This document shows, in pieces, positions 53,311 to 64,000 of a stretch of 64,000 nt of DNA. The DNA lies in the NCBI RefSeq assembly GCF_028641065.1, contig NC_073398.1, forward strand, positions 11,036,001-11,100,000, given 5' to 3'. Positions within the stretch are counted from its first letter, which is position 1. Every line of letters begins with the position of its first letter. Below the pieces are notes generated by a model. It was not told the DNA's origin. It searched no databases and saw only the letters and a list, made by a program, of their open reading frames with translations. The stretch is from Leucoraja erinacea (Eukaryota). A program made the position numbers and the translations under genes.

Positions 53311-53900
53311 GCTCGACACATTAAATATTCATCGGCGGCGCCGCCTCGCTCAATCCGCCGCAGCGAATGGTCGGCAAGAGGCAGGAGAGAGGTGGGTGAG
53401 AGGGGTAGAGAGAGAGAGGGGGGGGAGGGAGAGGAGGAGGGGGAGGGGAGGAGAGGGGGGGGGGGGGGGGGGATGGAGAGAGGGAGGGGATGGAGACAGG
53501 TGGAGAGATGCGACAGGGAGAGAGAGAGACGGAGGATTGAGAACCGGCTCCCAGCCAGGACGAGACAAACTCACGGGCTATCCCAGTGCCCGGCGATGTA
53601 AACACACGAGATGAGTTTGACAGAAACCTGGTCCACTTCTCTCACTGTCTCCCGGCCAATCATCCACCCCACGTCCACGTCCTCTCCTCGACACGACACC
53701 TGTCCCGTCCCACAAGGTGCAGCCTCTCTCCCCCTTCCCGCAGCTTGAACACAGCACTTGCTCCCTGGCTGAAGCCACCCCGTTCCTGTAGCCTGTTCCT
53801 CCCGAACCCTACCTCCGCTCGCTGTTAACCCCGACTTCAATCAGCCCGCCAGCTCCCCAATCTCCTCGCCTCCCTTGTCCAAATCCCGGACCCTGCTAGT
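52000..53900. promoter_or_regulatory. CpG island over the KCNA5 5' region and most of the CDS
   Basis: Very high GC and CpG density against a CpG-depleted background; GC drops in the last ~200 bp of the CDS. Confidence 0.75.
53375..53535. repeat. Polypurine (G/GA-rich) low-complexity tract in the KCNA5 leader/promoter
   Basis: gaga/ggga runs and a long G homopolymer on the + strand. Confidence 0.85.
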
Positions 53901-54026
53901 AGCAACGAGCAAAATCAGCAGCGTTGCATTTCCAGGAGCCAACCTTCCTGCTACTTGTCAGTGTGGAATAATTCAAATGACAGCACGAACAGCCCGACCG
54001 CAATACCCAGGAATCAAACTGTGTCA

Positions 54027-54230
54027 GACACAAAACGCTCGAGTAACTCAGCGGGTCAGACAGCATCTCTGGAGAGAGGGACGAAATGACGTTTCGGGTC
54101 GAGCTCGAGTCTGAAGGGTCTCGACCCGAAACATCACCCATTCCTTTACTCCAGAGATGCTGCCTGTCTTACTCCAGCTTTTTGTGTCTATCTTCGGTTT
54201 AAGCCGGCACCTGCAATTCCTTCCTGCGCA
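54027..54230. mobile_element. Penelope-derived fold-back insert upstream of KCNA5
   Basis: Inverted arms; centre gacgtttcgggtcgag...ctgaagggtctcgacccgaaacatc. Confidence 0.8.
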
Positions 54231-54268
54231 CCAAACTATTACTGTGTTTGCTTAGCACGCTGATTGAA

Positions 54269-54295
54269 GGGGGGGGGGGGGGGGGGGGGGGGGGG
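54269..54295. repeat. G homopolymer (27 nt)
   Basis: Read directly; shorter G runs occur near 24000, 25675 and 33595. Confidence 0.9.
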
Positions 54296-55244
54296 TAGAT
54301 TGTTATTAATGTGCCACCGTCTCGTGATGATTCATGAAACAGAACTGTCCAAAGCTGGAGCAAAATACTCAATTCCCTGACCCACTGCTATTTATAATGT
54401 CACTAGGTGTTTCTAAGCACACTGTCGCTGGACCAGTTCAGTTCAAACCAGCCTTCCCCTCTGCAGAAAACAGATAAACACGGCTACTTCCTGGTAAGAT
54501 TACATAGTTGACAGCTTTTAAGCCTGGGGGCTTTAGAAAGTAGAATCTATGTGGCATGAGATTCCGACAAGCTGCAGGCTTGGCTTTGCAGAGCAAATTC
54601 CTGCTTACATCCCCGGCTCAGCAAAGATTCTTCAAAGGCTATCTGGCACGCTCCAGATCCGCACACAGTATGGTTTAGACATTGTTACCCAATGATCCTC
54701 CATTCTCTATTCTGTAGGGCACAGACGCCGTGCATTATTGCGAGGCAATATGTATCAGCCTCCTAAAACGACCAATCGCATGAATAATATTAACGTATCA
54801 GACTGAGGACATTCGTGGAATAAAGAACCGTTTTCGTAAACATCGCGTTTCCAGTGGAGAGAGTAAATAACCCGGAAATGATGGACAGATTTTACTGATT
54901 TTTCCAACATGCTAGCGGAGGACTTCACCCAACAAGTACGGAGTGCAACCGAGGAGTGGATTTGGAACAGTTATGAGTGAGAGCTCTGTCAATGATGGTG
55001 GCTGAGAAACCATCCATAAGGAACAAGAAACACTTTGAAATAGGAGGATGTTGTTGCCAGAACGGATTTGAGGGAGTCAAAGAGAATGTAATGGAATCAT
55101 TTCAGGAAGTAAGTAATGAGAAGTTGTTTCCGGGAGAACCCTGGGAGTTTGTGAACTTATAATGGAGGACTAGTACCACCTGAGATGGAAGTATAGGTAT
55201 ACCTTATAACGACGAGGATACCAAGGATCAACGTGGAGAAGGGA

Positions 55245-56232
55245 AAGCACAAGAAACTGCAGATGCTGGAATATTAAGCAGAAATGCAAAGTGCAGGAGG
55301 AACAAAATGGGTCAGGCTGCAGCTGCAGAGGGAATAGACTAATGATGTTTCAGGACTGGACTAGGTTGGTAGGATGGGGTGGTGGGGGCTAGTTGGAAAA
55401 TATGTTGTAAGCTACCCAAGCAGAAGATGAAGAGCTGTTCCTCCTGTTTTCATGTCACCTCCCACCTGCAACTGGATCTCCTGGATGCTAGCCATTTTAA
55501 CTCTGTTTCCCATTCCCATACTCATACCCATTGTCTGGCATCTCAACAATGTGAGAGTGAGGCCACACACAAGCTGGAGGAACAGCACCTCATATTCCAC
55601 CTGGGTAACTCACAGCCAATAGTATAAACATCTAAACATTCAAGTAATACCATCCCCTATGCACCTTTTGTTTCCCATGCTCCTACTCAGTGCACACACA
55701 TTACTCCCACTATCTCCCACTCCCCCCATCATCCTGCTGCCTTGTCCTTCTTCATACACACATCATTGGTGAAACCCATAATAGCAGGCAGATCCTCATA
55801 TTTTACTTGGGTAGCTTACCACCCAGTGGTGTGTACATTAGGTGAACAACTTCTGTCATCACCCCCGCACCCTTCTTTACCTCCCTTCCCTGTGCCCCAC
55901 CTGGACGTGACCCATCTTTCCAATTCCTTCCTCTGGCTTTGCACATCATGCATATTCTATACATTACACTTATTGTCTTTTCGTCGATGGCCTTTGTCCA
56001 ACCATCTGCCAAACATATACCCCCCTCACCTGTATCCACCTATCACCCGCTGGGCAATGTCCTTCCCCCACCTCTCTTCCTGCTTTCTCTACACCAAAGC
56101 AATCAGTCTGAAGAAGGGTCCAGACCAAATGGTCGCTTCTCTATGTTCTCCAGAGATGCTGCCTGTGGCTGAGTTCCTCCGGAACTTTGTGTCTTCTTTG
56201 GTAAACCAGCATCTGCAATTCCTTGTGTCTAC
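55245..56232 (+). mobile_element. Penelope-like element 3' end with inverted 5' arm
   Basis: GIY-YIG C-terminal remnant ASHFNS.SHSH...EATHKLEEQHLIFHLG, pyrimidine-rich UTR, hammerhead-like motif at 56108 and terminal arm; antisense copy at 55245-55450. Confidence 0.8.
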
Positions 56233-56459
56233 ATCAGTAGAACTGTTCTGTCCACTGCATCATTCTTGCTATCAGTGAGCAGAACATGCTACAGCCTAGA
56301 GGTACCTCATCACTTAAAAGTGAATGAAGAGAAGTAGGATTCTGGCTGAGATAGTGAACAGAGCACAGATGGGAAGTACTCACAGAGACTAATAAGACAA
56401 GTTATACAAAAAATAATAATCTTAGATGAGGTGGCTTTCAGCAGCTCCTGGGTTTGTTA

Positions 56460-57089
56460 GCTGCCACCAGCGACTCTACTTCTTGCGGCAGCTTAAAAAA
56501 TTCAGGGTCAGTCGACCAGCCATGACCCACTTCTATAGGTCTACCAGAGAAAGCATAGTCACATTCTCTATGCTTGTCAGGTATGGTCACACAACCTCGC
56601 AAGATAAGATTCGGCTGGAGAGAATAGTGCGCCGAGCTTCTAAGATCATCGGTTGCAGCAGACTTCCCTCAGTGACATCACTTTACTCAACAAGACTCAC
56701 CAGAAAGGCCAAAAAAATCATAGCAGATCACTTTCACCCGGCACATTACCTCTTTAATCTCCTCCCATCAGGAAGGAGATATAGAAGCATTAAAAGTAAA
56801 ACATCTCGCTTCAGAGACAGCACCTACCTCCAAGCCATCAGATATTTGAATTTGCACTAATCACTTTGCACTTTCTTTTGCACTTGCACTTATGCTTAAT
56901 ATGACGCTGCTGGGTACTGTCCTTCCTGTATATATTGTCCTTCGTACGGTATTGTCTGTATTATCTATTGTGGTGTATGTGGTGGTTGTATTGTACTGTT
57001 TTGTATCTGTCTGAGAGCGAACCAAGACACATTCCTATCAACTTGTTGACATGGCAATAAATTTCTTGAATCTTGAATCTTGAATCTTG
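56460..57089 (+). mobile_element. Rex1/Babar LINE 3' end, well preserved
   Basis: HQRLYFLRQLKKF...HPAHYLFNLLPSGRRYRSIKSKTSRFRDS; AATAAA and (tcttgaa)n tail. Confidence 0.9.
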
Positions 57090-57299
57090 GTCTGCTATAA
57101 GCAGCATTTATTTCACATTCAATCAGTCACAAACAATATTGGGAAAGAAGATTCAAAGAGCCAGCTTCCTACTGGACCCAACAAAGGAACCAATGCCTGT
57201 TTCCATAGTAGTCTTCTGACTTACTTAAGGAAACCAGTGCAGCAAGCTGTGAACTACCGGCGCGGAATGTGTAAATCCGCACACCTTGCCTTACTACAA

Positions 57300-58130
57300 A
57301 GGAACACAAGAAATAGAAGAGAAGGTAGTTTGGTTCTTCATGCTGACTCCACTATTCAATAAGAGTCTGAATAATCATTTACTGCACTGATCTTCTGTTT
57401 TAATTCCCTTAACATCCAAAAAAATCCACCCATATCTGTCTTAAATATATTGAGTGTCCAAGCCTCTTCTATATCTTGAGTAGTGAATCCCAAAATTTCA
57501 CTTACTCTTTCGATGAAGAACTTCCTTCTCACTTCTTTCATAAATGGGTCATCCCTTATTAATCTCTTATTAAGTATAATCCCAGGTCCTAGATAGCCCA
57601 GCCAGGTGAAGCATCATCCATGCATCTATTCTATTAGGAATTCTATTTTTGAATGTTTGAATGAGATAATTTCCCATTCTTTCTTTACCTTTCCTCATCC
57701 AAGCAATCAATCTAGTGACTCGTCATTCCCTTCCTTCTATCATAAGTATCTTCTTCCTTAAATGGGGTGACCAGAAGTACATAATATTCCTGATGTGGTC
57801 CCACCAGGGCCCAATATAATTCCAGAAAGACTTTGTCTTGTGTTCAAATCCCCTTCCAATAAAAGTTAACCTAACTTTGCATTCCTAATTGTTTGTTGAT
57901 CCTACAAGTACAAGGGCACCCAGGTCTCCCTGAACACCAACAACTTTGAATCTCTCACCATTTAAAAAGTACCATTATATACCATCTGCAATGTCCTCAC
58001 CTGTTCACTTATTCCAGTCTATATTCCCTTGCAGCCTCTCTGCACTCTCCTCCCAGCCAATCCTGCTACACAGCTTTGTAAAATGAGTAAACTTGGATAT
58101 ATTATACTTGATGCCTTCATTGAATATGTT
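57300..58130 (-). mobile_element. Old CR1 fragment
   Basis: Minus-strand relics VRRKFFIERV and ALVGPHQEYYV.FWSPHLRK. Confidence 0.7.
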
Positions 58131-58269
58131 GATATGGAGTGTAAACAGCCGGGGTCCAACACCAATCTCAGCAGTGATGACTTTTCGCAGACTCCTGGTC
58201 TATTTATTCCTATTCTATATTCATCTGCTAATCGAACCTCAGTTCAAGCAAGGTATTGCCCCCAATGTC

Positions 58270-59110
58270 TTGTGTAGCACCTATCAACGACCTTCTGATT
58301 GTTCAGATAAACTACAGATACACCACATATACCTCAACTGGATTTTCCAAATATGATTTTCTTTTCATAAATCCAAATACTAATCCGACTAAATTTATGT
58401 TCACAGATGACACCACCGTAGAGTGCTGGATTTCAAATACTGTAACAATTACGAGACGGAAAACAGAAAGGAGATTGAGAACCTGATAACCTGGTGCCAA
58501 GGCTACAACCTCGCCCTCAATGTCTGCAAGACAAAAGAGATTATGATTGACGTCAGGAGGCAAAGCAGTATACATCCCCGCAAGACTTTGTTGGTGCTGA
58601 ATTAAAGATGGTCGAAAGCTTCAAGTTCCTGGGAATAAATATCAGCAGCGATTTATCCTGGTCCAGCTACATTAGCTATGGCCAAGAAAGCACACTAATG
58701 CTTCTACTTCCTTAGAAGGCTTAGAAAATCGGGTATGTCCCCAACAACCCTCACTGACTTCTACAGATGCGCTGTAGAAAGTATTTTATCGAGATGCATC
58801 ATAGTCTGGTTTGGGAACAGCTCCATCCAAGGCCACGAGAAATTACAGAGAGTTGTGGACGTAGCCCAGTCCATCATGCAAACCAACCTCCCTTACATTG
58901 ACTCCATCTACACTTCCTGCTGCCTCGGCAAGGCTACCAGCGTAATCAAGGACCGGTCTCACTCAGTCACTCCCCCTTTTCCCCTCTCCCATTAGGCTAG
59001 AAGTTTGAAAATGTATATCTCCAGGGACAATTTCTTCCCAGCAGTATCAGGTAATTGCACTATCCTCTTATCAGCTGCAATATGGTCCTGACCTCCCATC
59101 TACCTAATTG
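58270..59110 (+). mobile_element. Rex1/Babar RT fragment
   Basis: MFTDDTTV, WCQGYNLALNVCKTKEIMID, FYRCAVESILSRCIIVWFGN. Confidence 0.85.
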
Positions 59111-59254
59111 GAGATATTGCTGCCTGACCCACTGAGCTCCTCAAGCATTTTGTATTTTTCTCATGATTCCAGCATCTGCTATTTCTTGTATCTCCGTAGT
59201 TCCCCATGTTCTCCTCCCCATTTCTCGCATAATAGGGTTAAAATTATCTCATGC

Positions 59255-59470
59255 CCAGAATAGGTGAATCAAGAACCAGACAACATAGGTTTAATGTGAA
59301 GGGGTAAAGATTTAATAGGAATCTGAGGGGTAGCTTCTTCACACAAAGGGTGGTTGGTGTATGGAACAAGCTGCCGGAGGAGATGGTTGAGGCAGTAACT
59401 ATCGCAATATTTAAGAGACAGATAGGCAGGTACATGGATGGGACAGGTTTGGAGTGATATGGACCAATTC
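59255..59470 (+). mobile_element. CR1 3' fragment
   Basis: Encodes RNLRGSFFTQRVVGVWNKLPEE. Confidence 0.8.
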
Positions 59471-59954
59471 TGAGGGGAAGTCTGTCTATGATGTCAACAA
59501 ATTGTCACTCAAGAATAATTTATGTCCCAGTTATTAGGGCGCCTGGAGATTCATGAGAAGCTAAAGATCACATGTTATATCCTAATAATTTCTCTATTGT
59601 AAAATCTGAATCGTGATTGGTTTGTAGACTTGCTTTCTATCTTTGTATTTTGTTTCTGTTATTGTATAGTTCTTATTTTCCCACCTGTTTCATCTTTCAA
59701 AGTAGACACAAAGGAGGGAAACCTTTGAGCAACATATCTTACAAACTTCTGCAGGTTGCAGCACACGTCAGTCAGGTTGCATCAAAACTTAATTCGGGAA
59801 TATCTTTGGCCAAGACCATAAAAAATAGCAGAGAATTGATGACGTGGCCAAGTCCATTACACAGACGACTCTTTGCACCGTTGTCTCCATCTACACTTCA
59901 TGCTGCCCAGGATGCTGCCTAGGATAAGACTTGTCCCACAACAATCATTCCTTC

Positions 59955-60290
59955 ATCTCCCTTCTCCCATCTTGCGGAAGGTACAGAAGCTAGAAAGTGC
60001 GCACCAACAGACTGAGGAACAGCTTCTTCCCCTCTATTTTCAGGCTTCTGAATGGTCCTTCCATTAGCTAGGTTCACTTATACCCCATTGAGAACATTGA
60101 AATTTGTCTAAGGAACTGATGCATTACAATGCTGAGAACTATATTCTGCACTCTGTATCTCCTACTTTGCGCTACCTACTATACTTGAGTTTGAACAGAT
60201 TTTATCAATGTGTGGTATATCTGATTTGTTTGGATAACATGCAAAACAAAGCTTTTTACTGCATTTCGGTGGACGTGACAATAATAATCC
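59955..60290 (+). mobile_element. Rex1/Babar 3' end
   Basis: LP..RRYRS...RLRNSFFP-like remnant with tail gtgacaataa. Confidence 0.65.
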
Positions 60291-61014
60291 TAAGGTCAAC
60301 GATGGTTCGCTGGCGATCTGGATGGAGACAACTGCTGCAACAAGCCATTAGGGCCAGCCATAACGAAGATGGCAGAAAAACCTGGCGACTCTTGCATATG
60401 GACTTGGTGAGCTGTTTTGTTGCATTTGGTACTTAATGTGAGATTGTCCTGGTGTATAGCAATGATCTTACCCATCTGTATGCAAAAAAAGGCATTTAAT
60501 TCATTGAACAAATGAAATTGGCCATAGTGATAGTAAAATAACCATTTTTGCAAAGCAAGGCACCTTCAGTTTTCTGTCACTAATCTAACATCAAAAGTTA
60601 AATGTCAATTTCTTGTCGTTAGTTTTGTTGGCTGTAAGAATCAGAGATCAGCTGGTGTTATTCATTGAATGATGCTTCCACTGCAAGCTCATCTGTCCCC
60701 GCTGAACTCCAAAAACGTCTCTCAACATTGTCGCCGACCCGAGACAGTGTTAACCTGGAGAAGGCAGCTTCTTATGGTAAATGTTACCATTCTCATGGGA
60801 CAGCTTGCAGTTATAAACAGCTGTGGCTAATGGACAGTGGGCTATTAATGGTAAACTCCCAGGCCACGTGGTATGTGGCCTCATGTTCTCTCAGAAGTCA
60901 CCAGGGAACTCAAAGTAAAGAAATTGACCCAAAAAGGTAAAAGTTTCTTTGCATTTCATATTTTAGTTTGTGTTCGTGTTTTTTGAATTAAACTATTTTA
61001 CTTTTCTAAAGTCT

Positions 61015-62895
61015 GGATGTAGATCACCGTTTCTCTGATGCTCTGTCACAATTTCTGGATACGCGTGGCTGGAAATGGAAATATACCTGTATGCTGGATA
61101 CATGTACACTTCACTTCTTCTTCTGGACCTCTCTGGCTCATCCCAGGAGACAGACTTGCCACTGACATTTTCTATAAACCCACTGCCTCCCACAACTGCT
61201 TTGACGAAATCTGCCTCCATTCTGACTCCTTTAAGGATGCTTTTCACTCAAATTCTCCATCTCCACTACATCTGCTCTCAAGACCAGGCCTTCTCCTTTA
61301 GAGCTTCTGAAATGCTTTCCCCCTTCCGGAACATGGACCCCCCCCCCCCCCATCCTCTGCTTGATGGCTCCATCACACACATGTCCTCCATTATCTGCAC
61401 CTCTGCTCTGACCACACCCCAACCCCTTCCCCTGACATAATAGCAATAATAGCATAATAGCAGAGACTAAGACTTTTGCCTCCATCACAGTGAGGAGGTG
61501 CTTGGTGAACTCACTGTGGTGGATCTTAATTTGTGTTTATTGTATGTTTTGTTATTTATTATTATATGTATGACTGCAGGCAGCGAAATTTCGTTCAGAC
61601 CGATAGGTCTGAATGACAATAAAGGAATGTAATCTGATTAGATTAGATTAGATCTATCTAATTAGGAGGTCCGGGCCGCTGAGGAGGATTTTCACCGTCG
61701 GGGTTCGGCGTTGGCGTTCCATCAGCCCGGCGAGAGGGCCTGAGCATCGGGCCGCCCGGGGTGGCGACTGCGGGTGCTCAGAAGGCCCCAACCACGGGTG
61801 AACATCTGGGAAGATCGGAGGGGAGGCTGGCTGGACTATGGTGCCTTCCTCACCTTGGTGCCATTGTGTTATGTTGTGTCGTGGACTTTCTGTGGTTGTG
61901 CTTTTTTTTAAATTCTATTTTATTTTTAATATGTTTTATTATTTATTATTTATTTATTTTTATGATACTGACTGTAAAGGGAAATTCATTTTGTTACCTC
62001 TAATTGAGACAATGACAATAAATTTGAATACAATACAATACTAATCTAATAGACATTCCTTGGTGTTCGCCTTTGAAGCTACTTGCCTCTGCATGCAACA
62101 CTTATCTGCCATCATTTCCACCAGCTCCAATCAATCCCACCATCAGTTACATGTTCCCCTCTTCTCCTCTTTCTGCTCTCTTCGGGACTCTCTGTTCCAT
62201 TTGCCTTTTCCCACCCACCCCAGCGCCTCTCCCTGCAACTGTAAGAGATGTCATGCCTATCCTTCACTATCTTCCGTGGACCCATACAGCCTTTCCAGGT
62301 CAGGCAGTGGTTGACCTGTATTTTTCCAACCTGGTCTACATGCATTTGGTTCTCACGGTGTAGCTTACTGGACATTGGCAAGACCAGGCACAGACTATAT
62401 AACGGTTTTGCAGAGGACCTGTGCTCTGTCCACAAAGGCCACCTAGCTTGGCCAGCTGCATATCATTTTAACTCTCTTCCCACTCCCATACCGACCTGTC
62501 TCTCCTCAACCCTCATCATTTTTTATTGGAAAGCCAAATACAAATTGGAAGAATGTCTCATATTCTGCTTTTATAGCCCATAACGCAACAATATGAATAA
62601 TTAATTTTCCAATTTCACCTCCAGTGCTCTTCTCCCACACACACTCAACTGACCGCCCAGTTTTCTTCTCCCTTTGTTCACCTTTCCCATCCCCTCCCTC
62701 CCTCATTCCATCTGCCCGTACCCCCCTCCCCATCTGGTCCACCTGTAACCTCTATCTGATCCTCCTTTATACTGCTATAAACTGGCAAAAACTGGCAATC
62801 TTTCCTGTTCTCTCTCAGTCCTGATATCAGGTCTCCACCTACACCTTTTGCCTCCACAGACGCTGTTTGACCGGTTGAGTTCCTCCAACAAGGGT
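61015..62895 (+). mobile_element. Degenerate Penelope-like element (RT thumb + GIY-YIG), interrupted at ~61445-62045
   Basis: GDRLATDIFYKPTASH (RT C-terminus) and GPIQPFQVRQWLTC...RCSLLDIGKTRHRL...FAEDL...YHFNS...KLEECLIF (GIY-YIG endonuclease), followed by a degenerate terminal arm. Confidence 0.8.
61445..62042 (+). mobile_element. Two tandem non-autonomous retroposon 3' parts
   Basis: Each ends in a stem-loop, gacAATAAA and microsatellite ((gatta)n at ~61636, (aatac)n at ~62027). Confidence 0.65.
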
Positions 62896-62929
62896 TTCAT
62901 GTTCCATTTTTGAAGAGATCTTTGGAATA

Positions 62930-63238
62930 CTTGTCACCCTGCTGGCTACGCTCTCATTTCACTCCTATCATCGGGAAGAATGTATAGAAACTGAAAACTG
63001 CTCCAGTTTCAGGAGCAGCCTCTTCCCTACAACCATCAGGCTATTAAACACCACAACCTCCAATTAGCTCTGAACTACATAGACTTGGGCGCATAAATAT
63101 ATATATATATAAACTGAACTATTTTGTTGTTTATTATGGTGTTTACAGAGTACTATGTTTACAAATCTGTTGTGCTGCTGCTGCTAGTAAGAATTTCATT
63201 GTTCCATAGCGGGACATATGACAATAAAACACTCTTGA
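62930..63238 (+). mobile_element. Rex1/Babar 3' end
   Basis: HPAGYALISLLSSGRMYRNLK...FRSSLFPTTIRLLN-like remnant with tail. Confidence 0.7.
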
Positions 63239-63247
63239 TCTGCAGCG

Positions 63248-63568
63248 TTAAAGCTCTGTCCCACTGTACGAGTTCATTCAAGTGCTCTCCCGAGTTTAAA
63301 AAAAAATAAACTCGTGGTGAGCACGTAGAATGAACGTAGCAGGTACGTCGGAGCTCAGGGACGTCTCTTAGCGGCTCGTAACGCTAACGGCAGGTACTCG
63401 GGAAACGTGGTAAGCTCGGGAAGACTCATGAAGATTTTTCAACGTTGAAAAATGTCCACGAGAGCCCCGAGTACTTATGAGCGACAATTACCGTAAATCT
63501 CCGAGTTTGAATCTGGGCAAACTCAGGAGAACTCTTGAATGAACTCGTACAGTGGGACAGGGCTATTA
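63248..63568. mobile_element. PIF/Harbinger-like MITE
   Basis: TIR aagctctgtcccactgtacgagttcattcaag / cttgaatgaactcgtacagtgggacagggcta with TTA on both sides. Confidence 0.85.
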
Positions 63569-63589
63569 GGCTGTTTATAGACACAAACT

Positions 63590-64000
63590 AGAGTGCAGAG
63601 AATGTTTACAAGGGTGTTGCCAGGATTGGAGTGCCTGAGCTATAGGGAAACATTGGGCAGGTAAGGACTTTATTCCTTGGAGCGCAGATCACAGATGGGT
63701 GATTCTTTTTATCCTTTTTATTCTTTTATCTTTTATCTGGAAATCAAGAACCAGAGGACATAGGTTGAAGATGGGAGGGGAAAGATTTAATAGGAACCTG
63801 AGGGGCAACTTTTTCACACTGAGTGTGGTAGGTATATGGAATATGATGCCAGAAGAGGTCGTTGAGACGGGTCTAATAACAGCATTTAAAAGACATTTGC
63901 AGAGGTACATGGAAAAGAATGATTTAGAGGGATATGGGCTAAATGCAGGCAGGTGGGACTAGTGTAGATTGGGCTTTTTGGTTGGCATAGGTAGACGCAA
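63590..64000 (+). mobile_element. CR1 3' end
   Basis: SRTRGHRLKMGGERFNRNLRGNFFTLSVVGIWN... Confidence 0.82.

Noticed and set aside
53311-53319. ORF-track extension MSS before MEIAL
   Set aside because: Starts at GTG; homology and Kozak context support the ATG at 53310.
52339-53601. 420-aa ORF antisense to KCNA5
   Set aside because: Shadow ORF caused by extreme GC3 bias and the purine tract; non-ATG start and no recognisable domain.

Overview
This is vertebrate genomic DNA, most likely from a cartilaginous fish such as a skate or ray, inferred from HE1/V-SINE-like and CR1 repeat content. The only intact host gene is an intronless Shaker-type K+ channel on the minus strand (51784-53310). Its MEIAL start and SLYALC...ETDL end identify it as KCNA5 (Kv1.5), and it lies in an apparently transposon-free block of about 4.7 kb. 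The rest is repeat-rich intergenic DNA: tRNA-derived SINEs, CR1, Rex1/Babar, RTE and L2/Crack-like LINE fragments, Penelope-like remnants, PIF/Harbinger-like MITEs and GC-rich non-autonomous retroposons. The most interesting signal is about 20 short, mostly fold-back Penelope-derived inserts. Several have target-site duplications, and their arms carry decayed copies of a minimal hammerhead-ribozyme motif (consensus CTGAAGA-A-GGGT-CTCG-ACCC-GAAA-CGTC). Other notable observations are an exact 30-bp repeat in the presumed KCNA5 3' UTR, a TAATG-coupled uORF pair overlapping the KCNA5 start, and pore/turret substitutions in the channel. About 5 kb (5.3-10.3 kb) looks like unpolished, insertion-rich long-read sequence. 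Repeat boundaries were read by eye and are approximate; no database search was run.
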